This document shows positions 28,086 through 33,611 of a stretch of DNA of 33,611 bases, in pieces. Below the pieces are notes generated by a model. It was not told where the DNA came from, did no database searches, and was given only the letters and a program-made list of their open reading frames with translations. Positions within the stretch are counted from its first letter, which is position 1. Each line of letters opens with the position of its first letter. A program made the position numbers and the translations under genes. Source of the DNA: a bacterium (GTDB lineage: Bacteria > Patescibacteriota > Microgenomatia > Daviesbacterales > UBA10151); the NCBI GenBank assembly GCA_027364775.1, contig DAHXOS010000014.1, positions 1-33,611 of the forward strand, in the 5' to 3' direction.

Positions 28086-28358
28086 ATGAAATTTATATCC
28101 GGAAAAAGGTTCATAATAACGATAATTTTAAGTATAGTGATTTGGCTATCTACGGGCTTCTTGCAATTTATCTTCAACTCGGGAAATAGCGGTGCATTTC
28201 TATTCGGTTCAGCATGTGAAATAACAGGATATCCCTTGGCTCAGTGTATTAATAGAGCAAATACAGTTGAAATTCTAATTTATTATTTTTTAAATATTTT
28301 AATTTGGTTTATAGTTATTAATTTACTTATCGGGTGGTTTAAGAAGACTAAAAATTAA
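28086..28358 (+). CDS. Small two-TM membrane protein
   Basis: TGTTATACT promoter 6 nt upstream; C..TGYP...C loop between two hydrophobic helices. Confidence 0.7.
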   Translation: MKFISGKRFIITIILSIVIWLSTGFLQFIFNSGNSGAFLFGSACEITGYPLAQCINRANTVEILIYYFLNILIWFIVINLLIGWFKKTKN

Positions 28359-31145
28359 TCCCGCAATAAAGATTGCACTTAATAAGATTGGTAAAACTAA
28401 GTAATTCCATAAATTAATTTTTTGTGGTTCTTTTTTAATTGGATTTATAGATTTGGTTGCAACTCCTAATACTTTCTGGTCAGAGTCATTTATTGCTAAT
28501 CTTTCCAATAAACTATTATTAATACTTAAAGAGTTTTTTGATGTATTAATAATAGCCTGAGTAGCACTTGCTGTGGATGCAGCAATTGGAGAGTCGACTC
28601 CACTTATAATACTTCCTAAAATTTTAAATTTGATAACTTGCACACTTTCTTCATTGCCTAGTTTATCGATTGATTTAACTTGAAGAGTGAAATCACCTGG
28701 ACCGGTAATGATGAATGGTTGGTTGTAGGTATTAACTGATACGCCGTTATCAGTACTATACTCAGTTTTTAAAATACCTGAGCCAATGTCGCTACCTGTT
28801 AATGTTATAGTTACAGGACCTGTATAGTTTCCTAAGCCATCTTTATTGCCGGTAAAAGCTATGGTTGTAGTTGGTGGTAGAAAATCTAAAACATTAGAAC
28901 CTGTGATAGTTGTAGTGGGTTGGATTATTTGCCCATCAACAGGTAGGGTAGGAGGAGTACTAGAATTAGGATTGTAATCAAATTCAATTGTAGTTTTGTC
29001 GGTAACTGGAATATTTCGGTAGTAAGCTGTTTGAGTTATAAAATCATTTGAGTATTTAGCAATCTTGATATCAACCGACTGTTTTTTACTAGATGTTAAT
29101 TTAACTTTAACTGTACCTGTGTTATTTTTTAAAAAAACGTTTTTGGTATTATTTATCGAGTCGTAATAAGTATTTGAAACATTATTTTCTACTTCCCCAT
29201 TTGAGTTTAAACCTGTATGGTTATTGTTGTTATCGTAAATATCAATGTCCAAACTTGTGGAAATTTGTTGACCCTCTAAAGAGATTTTTTGTCCTTGGAC
29301 TTCTGCAGGTAATGTATCATTTTGTAAAATTGCTTTAACCGTTTGCATGCCAATTCCAGAACCTTTAACTAGATCATTATGCTTTTGTCCAACATAATAA
29401 GTAGTTGCACCTGCTGATAAATCCAAGCTGCCATTTGTTAAAGAGGCGCTGTAGAGAGGAACTGTATCGTCGCCGTTAATAAAGATCTCTTCTGTTTTGG
29501 ATAAAATGCTTAGAGGCCAGATACTATATGTTGTTTCTATAATTTGCCCAAGAGTTGGTTGGCTTGTCCCAACAATATTATAAAGTTGAACTCCATTTGC
29601 TTGGTTTAACTGAGAATCATATGTATTATGGTAGTTTTCGCCTAAATTAAAAGCTGTCATGTTTAGTTGTAAATTAGAATAAAGAGTTTTTAGCTCGTTA
29701 TAGTTTAAAGGACCAATTATGCCGTTTTTATCAATATCTCTTAGATCATTAAATACAAAGGGTTTAGATAAATTTGAGTTATCATAAAAGCTATAGTAGG
29801 TAGAAGATGGTCCAAGTGCAAATATTGAAGCTAAATTGCTAGCTATATCTTTTACTTCTTGTGGATTTAGACTAATTAGACCGAGTAAATAAGATGAGCC
29901 AATCTGATCACCATATAATAAAGTTTTAATCATTTTTGCACTTCCTAAACTGGGAACACCTAATTTGATAAGCTTATTAACTTTAGTAGCTTTTGAGGAA
30001 TCTGAGATATAGCTTTGTGCAATTAGCCCACCCATTGAATGTGCAACAATATTTACTTTAGATTTACCAGATTTGGTTTTTGCATAATCAACCAAGGTAT
30101 CCAAAGCTGATTTATTTGTCACGATATCTTTGCGCCAATCATAAGTAAATACAAAATAATTGGTCCCTTTTATATAACCCATTCCTGTAAAGAATGGGTC
30201 TATATCTCCATATCCTTGAGAAACTAAATTTCCTGTTGGAGTAATATCAGCAATAGAAGTAACCGCATCGTTTTGTAATTTTAGAACATCAAAATAATCA
30301 TCATTTCCTAATGCTATTGCCTCCCTGGTATTAACCCAGACATTTTCATTTTGGTTATAACTACGGCTATATGTTTCACCATGACCATTATCATAATTCC
30401 AGTTAGTATTGCTATTTACTTTTAGTTCTGATCCTCCTATACCTGGAATAAAGATAACAGGAAGAATAGGATTAATAACACTTAAAGAAGTAACTTTAAC
30501 ATTATCAAACCTGACATTAACGGATCCGTAATCACCAGTCCAATAACTTAAAGCGATTGGACCTGTTGTTAGGGTAGTGGTAGGATCGTCAATAGTAAAA
30601 ATCAAAGTGGAGTCTATCCACAGCTGAATATGTGTTTGAACAACCTCAATTTTTATACGGTAATTTGTAAATCTATTTAGCTGAAATGAACGGGTGGAAA
30701 ATAAAGTTGTACTATTTCCTGCCTGAATCTTAGTTAGTTTAACTTCTGGTGTATTATAAGAACGAGCACCGTCATCAAACCTTAAATCTACCTCGTAATA
30801 GTTATTGCTGTCTGCCTTACGGAACATAATTCCCTGATCAAATCCGCCATTATTTTGGGTATCTACCTCTATCCTGTAATTGTCCCAGGTATTGCCGACA
30901 CTTAATCTACCTGTCTTTAATGTTCCAAATTGATTCCCATAAAGACGATTAAGGCTATCAATGCCCCAACTACCTGATTCAACTATCCATCCGTTGTAAT
31001 TACCATCATTAAAATCATCCTGGAAAATAATAGTCCCTTCCTGATAAGTTTCTTGAGCTAAGGTTTTTTGAGGAATAAAGAAAATAAATCCTAAAATTAA
31101 AGGATATATTAAATAATTTAATATAAATTTAGTAAATAATTTCAA
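28323..31145 (-). CDS. Large surface protein: signal peptide, DUF1080/lectin-like domain, LCAT-like alpha/beta hydrolase, Ig-like domain, C-terminal TM
   Basis: FQDDF..W..W domain; IPGIGGS, YDWR, AHSMGG, GDDTVP; C-terminal hydrophobic anchor. Confidence 0.85.
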   Translation of the reverse strand: MKLFTKFILNYLIYPLILGFIFFIPQKTLAQETYQEGTIIFQDDFNDGNYNGWIVESGSWGIDSLNRLYGNQFGTLKTGRLSVGNTWDNYRIEVDTQNNGGFDQGIMFRKADSNNYYEVDLRFDDGARSYNTPEVKLTKIQAGNSTTLFSTRSFQLNRFTNYRIKIEVVQTHIQLWIDSTLIFTIDDPTTTLTTGPIALSYWTGDYGSVNVRFDNVKVTSLSVINPILPVIFIPGIGGSELKVNSNTNWNYDNGHGETYSRSYNQNENVWVNTREAIALGNDDYFDVLKLQNDAVTSIADITPTGNLVSQGYGDIDPFFTGMGYIKGTNYFVFTYDWRKDIVTNKSALDTLVDYAKTKSGKSKVNIVAHSMGGLIAQSYISDSSKATKVNKLIKLGVPSLGSAKMIKTLLYGDQIGSSYLLGLISLNPQEVKDIASNLASIFALGPSSTYYSFYDNSNLSKPFVFNDLRDIDKNGIIGPLNYNELKTLYSNLQLNMTAFNLGENYHNTYDSQLNQANGVQLYNIVGTSQPTLGQIIETTYSIWPLSILSKTEEIFINGDDTVPLYSASLTNGSLDLSAGATTYYVGQKHNDLVKGSGIGMQTVKAILQNDTLPAEVQGQKISLEGQQISTSLDIDIYDNNNNHTGLNSNGEVENNVSNTYYDSINNTKNVFLKNNTGTVKVKLTSSKKQSVDIKIAKYSNDFITQTAYYRNIPVTDKTTIEFDYNPNSSTPPTLPVDGQIIQPTTTITGSNVLDFLPPTTTIAFTGNKDGLGNYTGPVTITLTGSDIGSGILKTEYSTDNGVSVNTYNQPFIITGPGDFTLQVKSIDKLGNEESVQVIKFKILGSIISGVDSPIAASTASATQAIINTSKNSLSINNSLLERLAINDSDQKVLGVATKSINPIKKEPQKINLWNYLVLPILLSAIFIAGLIFSLLKPPDK

Positions 31146-31185
31146 TAGTATTTAAAGTATTTGCTTAAAAATTGTGGAATACAAG

Positions 31186-31201
31186 CCACAAGATGTAGTG
31201 C
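31186..31201. promoter_or_regulatory. Possible NrdR box
   Basis: CCACAAGATGTAGTGC fits the CwAnATnTwG core. Confidence 0.5.
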
Positions 31202-31261
31202 AAAATACTAAATATTTGGTATTGCTATATTGTTTTATTGGTGTTATATATTCCAAAGAAA

Positions 31262-31924
31262 ATGAATGAAAGAAATTTTGCTATTGGATTTATTGCAATA
31301 ACTTTAATGGTAGTTGCAGTTTTAGGTTTTTCCCGGCTTAATTTTGGTAATGAATCAGCAAATTTAGCTAATTTAAATTCTCCTAACAACTCAATCCTAC
31401 CTGAATCATCCTCATCAGCTACTCAATCTGCTGTTCAACAACAAAAATCTAGTAAAAAAATTTATTCTCAGTACCCAGGAGATTTACCTCAAAGTCAATT
31501 GGAAAATAAAAAAGCAGTGATTGAGACTACTAAGGGAAATATTGAATTTGAAATTTATCCTGAGGCGACTAAGGCTGCTTCAAATTTTATATTCTTAGCT
31601 AATGATAAATTTTATGACGGCTTAACCTTTCATCGGGCTGAGGATTGGGTAATTCAAGGTGGTGACCCTAATGGAAATGGTACCGGTGGCCCAGGTTATA
31701 AGTTTCCCGATGAACCAGTTACAAAAGCATACAAAAGAGGTATTGTTGCAATGGCCAATGCAGGGCCAAATACTAATGGCAGCCAGTTTTTTATACTTGT
31801 AAAAGATACCCCTTTACCCCCTAATTACACTATTTTTGGGAATGTTTTTTCTGGATTAGAAGTTGTTGATAAAATTAGAGTTGGCGATGTAATGAAGAGG
31901 GTTTTAATTCAAGATTTAAAATAA
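31262..31924 (+). CDS. Membrane-anchored cyclophilin-type peptidyl-prolyl isomerase
   Basis: FHR, IQGGDP, AMANAGPNTNGSQFF. Confidence 0.95.
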   Translation: MNERNFAIGFIAITLMVVAVLGFSRLNFGNESANLANLNSPNNSILPESSSSATQSAVQQQKSSKKIYSQYPGDLPQSQLENKKAVIETTKGNIEFEIYPEATKAASNFIFLANDKFYDGLTFHRAEDWVIQGGDPNGNGTGGPGYKFPDEPVTKAYKRGIVAMANAGPNTNGSQFFILVKDTPLPPNYTIFGNVFSGLEVVDKIRVGDVMKRVLIQDLK

Positions 31925-31947
31925 TTTAAAGCTAAATTTTATCTATA

Positions 31948-32171
31948 CCGCAATATATTGTATATCCTGATTTAACATACTTTAATCCTACTTTTTCTTT
32001 ACGTTTTTGTTAAATGGAAATTCTATTGTTGATATATTGAATATTTCAGCTCCTTTTAACTTAAAAATACAATATGTTGTGGGTCTTTAATATATTGACA
32101 GTAATAGGTAGAAATATGATAAGTTAATTATGTGGGTGAGAAATAAAAGGTAAGGGTACAACATATTGTAT
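31948..32171. promoter_or_regulatory. Three NrdR boxes upstream of nrdR-nrdJ
   Basis: CCGCAATATATTGTAT (31948-31963), ATACAATATGTTGTGG (32067-32082), GTACAACATATTGTAT (32156-32171); TTGACA at 32095. Confidence 0.8.
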
Positions 32172-32622
32172 GAGATGTTTTTTCTGTGCTAGTGATCAAA
32201 GCAGTGTAATTGATAAACGAGCTGTTAAAAGTTCGGGGGAAATTAGGCGCAGAAGAGAGTGTCTAAATTGTCAACAACGTTTTACAACCTATGAGAGGGT
32301 AGCAGCATTTGAATTATTTGTAATCAAAAGAGATGGCAATAAACAACTCTTTGACAGAAATAAATTAAAAAATGGGGTTGCCAGGGCTTTAGAGAAAAGT
32401 TATGCGGTAGATAAGGTTGATGAAATAGTTGATAAGATCGTTAATAAATTAAAACTTAAGGGCAAAAAAGAAATTGAAAGTAAACAAATTGGACAGGTAG
32501 TTTTATCAGAACTAAAAAAGATAGATAAAGTTGCTTATCTTAGATTTGCGTCGGTTTACCGGCAATTTAAGGATCCGTCTGAATTTACAAAGGAATTAAA
32601 AAACTTAAAGTTACAAATTTAA
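32170..32622 (+). CDS. nrdR: Transcriptional repressor NrdR
   Basis: CxxC..RRRREC..C..RFTTYE, ATP cone, AYLRFASVY. Confidence 0.97.
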   Translation: MRCFFCASDQSSVIDKRAVKSSGEIRRRRECLNCQQRFTTYERVAAFELFVIKRDGNKQLFDRNKLKNGVARALEKSYAVDKVDEIVDKIVNKLKLKGKKEIESKQIGQVVLSELKKIDKVAYLRFASVYRQFKDPSEFTKELKNLKLQI

Positions 32623-32627
32623 TTGAT

Positions 32628-33611
32628 ATGAAAAGAAGTGAAACAACATTACAAATTATTGCACCTATTGCAAAACCGAAAAAAAGTAACGGCTTAGGAA
32701 AAGCGGAGTTAACCCCCGAAGAAAAAACAGCTCAAGCCCGTGCTTTAGTCCCAAATATTGAATTAAAGACAACTTTAGACGGATCCCGTCAAAAAGTATT
32801 TTTAGATAGATATTCTTTAAAAGATATCGATGGAAATCCAACAGAAAATTATATGGAACAGATGTGGCAAAGAGTAGCTGGTGGAATTGCTTTAATGGAA
32901 AAGACTACTGCTTTGCAAAAGGAATGGGCTGAAAAGTTTTATGAGGCCATGTTGGATTTTAAATTTGTGCCGGCAGGCAGGATTTTATCAGGTGCAGGGA
33001 CAGGTTATGAGGTAACTTTCTTTAATTGTTACGTAATTCCCTCGCCAAAAGATTCTAGAGGTGGAATTATGGAAAATATTACCCATACTGTTGAGATCCA
33101 AGCTCGAGGTGGGGGAGTTGGGATTAATTTATCTTCTTTAAGGCCATCCGGTGCCAGAGTCAGAAAAGTTAACGGCACTTCTTCCGGTCCTATTTCATGG
33201 GCTAAATTATACTCGGCAGCTAATCATGATGTGATTCAGCAAGGTGGTTCAAGACGCGGTGCCTTAATGTTAATGCTTCATGATTGGCATCCTGATGTTT
33301 TAGAGTTTGTGCATGCTAAAGAAGATGGAGTTTCTATTCCCGGGGCAAACCTATCTGTTTGTGTTTCGGATAAATTTATGGAAGCTGTTAAAAATGATGA
33401 TGTGTGGACTACCAGATTTCCTGTTACTACAGATTCTGAGTATGATGCACTTTGGGATGGTGATATTGAAAAATGGGAAGCATTAGGTAAGCCGGTTAAG
33501 GTTTATGAAACTTTAAAGGCACGTGATATTTGGGATCAAATTTGTACTATGGCCTGGAAAGCTGCAGAACCTGGACTCCACTTTTTAGAAAGAAGTAATA
33601 AATGGAGCAAT
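32628..33611 (+). CDS. nrdJ: Class II (adenosylcobalamin-dependent) ribonucleotide reductase, partial (runs off the right edge; absent from the ORF track)
   Basis: Manual translation: FLDRY, FVPAGRIL, FNCYV, GGGVGINLSSLRP, QQGGSRRGA, HPDVLEF, ANLSV, AEPG. Confidence 0.92.
   Translation, partial: MKRSETTLQIIAPIAKPKKSNGLGKAELTPEEKTAQARALVPNIELKTTLDGSRQKVFLDRYSLKDIDGNPTENYMEQMWQRVAGGIALMEKTTALQKEWAEKFYEAMLDFKFVPAGRILSGAGTGYEVTFFNCYVIPSPKDSRGGIMENITHTVEIQARGGGVGINLSSLRPSGARVRKVNGTSSGPISWAKLYSAANHDVIQQGGSRRGALMLMLHDWHPDVLEFVHAKEDGVSIPGANLSVCVSDKFMEAVKNDDVWTTRFPVTTDSEYDALWDGDIEKWEALGKPVKVYETLKARDIWDQICTMAWKAAEPGLHFLERSNKWSN

Noticed and set aside
1..33611. Alternative genetic code (TGA = Gly)
   Set aside because: Conserved genes are full length under code 11 and several end at TGA.

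Overview
AT-rich bacterial chromosome segment using the standard code (TGA = stop). Gene content and the many apparently leaderless genes suggest a CPR/Patescibacteria (Microgenomates-like) genome; this is inference. The left ~9.3 kb is a defence/accessory island: the 3' end and hairpin end of an IS200/IS605 tnpA, a 1542-aa SF1 helicase with a Vsr-like nuclease domain that appears to continue through an A9 frameshift into a zinc-finger/zinc-ribbon ORF, a C5-methyltransferase plus HTH-fused restriction nuclease with a decayed vsr, and an uncharacterised nucleotidyltransferase + NDK-like pair next to a Nudix hydrolase and a phosphodiesterase. The most striking structure is at 12.3-13.1 kb. A free-standing LAGLIDADG endonuclease gene lies between an orphan 5' fragment of tRNA-Gln and a complete tRNA-Gln(CTG) with a different D-stem, and the endonuclease stop codon lies inside that tRNA. 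The rest is mostly housekeeping: YbaK-like + archaeal-type aspS, MPG, stress membrane proteins flanked by two candidate sRNAs, an rpiB-rpe-LOG-tkt...pfkB-fba cluster, an FAD oxidoreductase, a D,D-carboxypeptidase, a large surface lipase, a cyclophilin, and nrdR-nrdJ with NrdR boxes.
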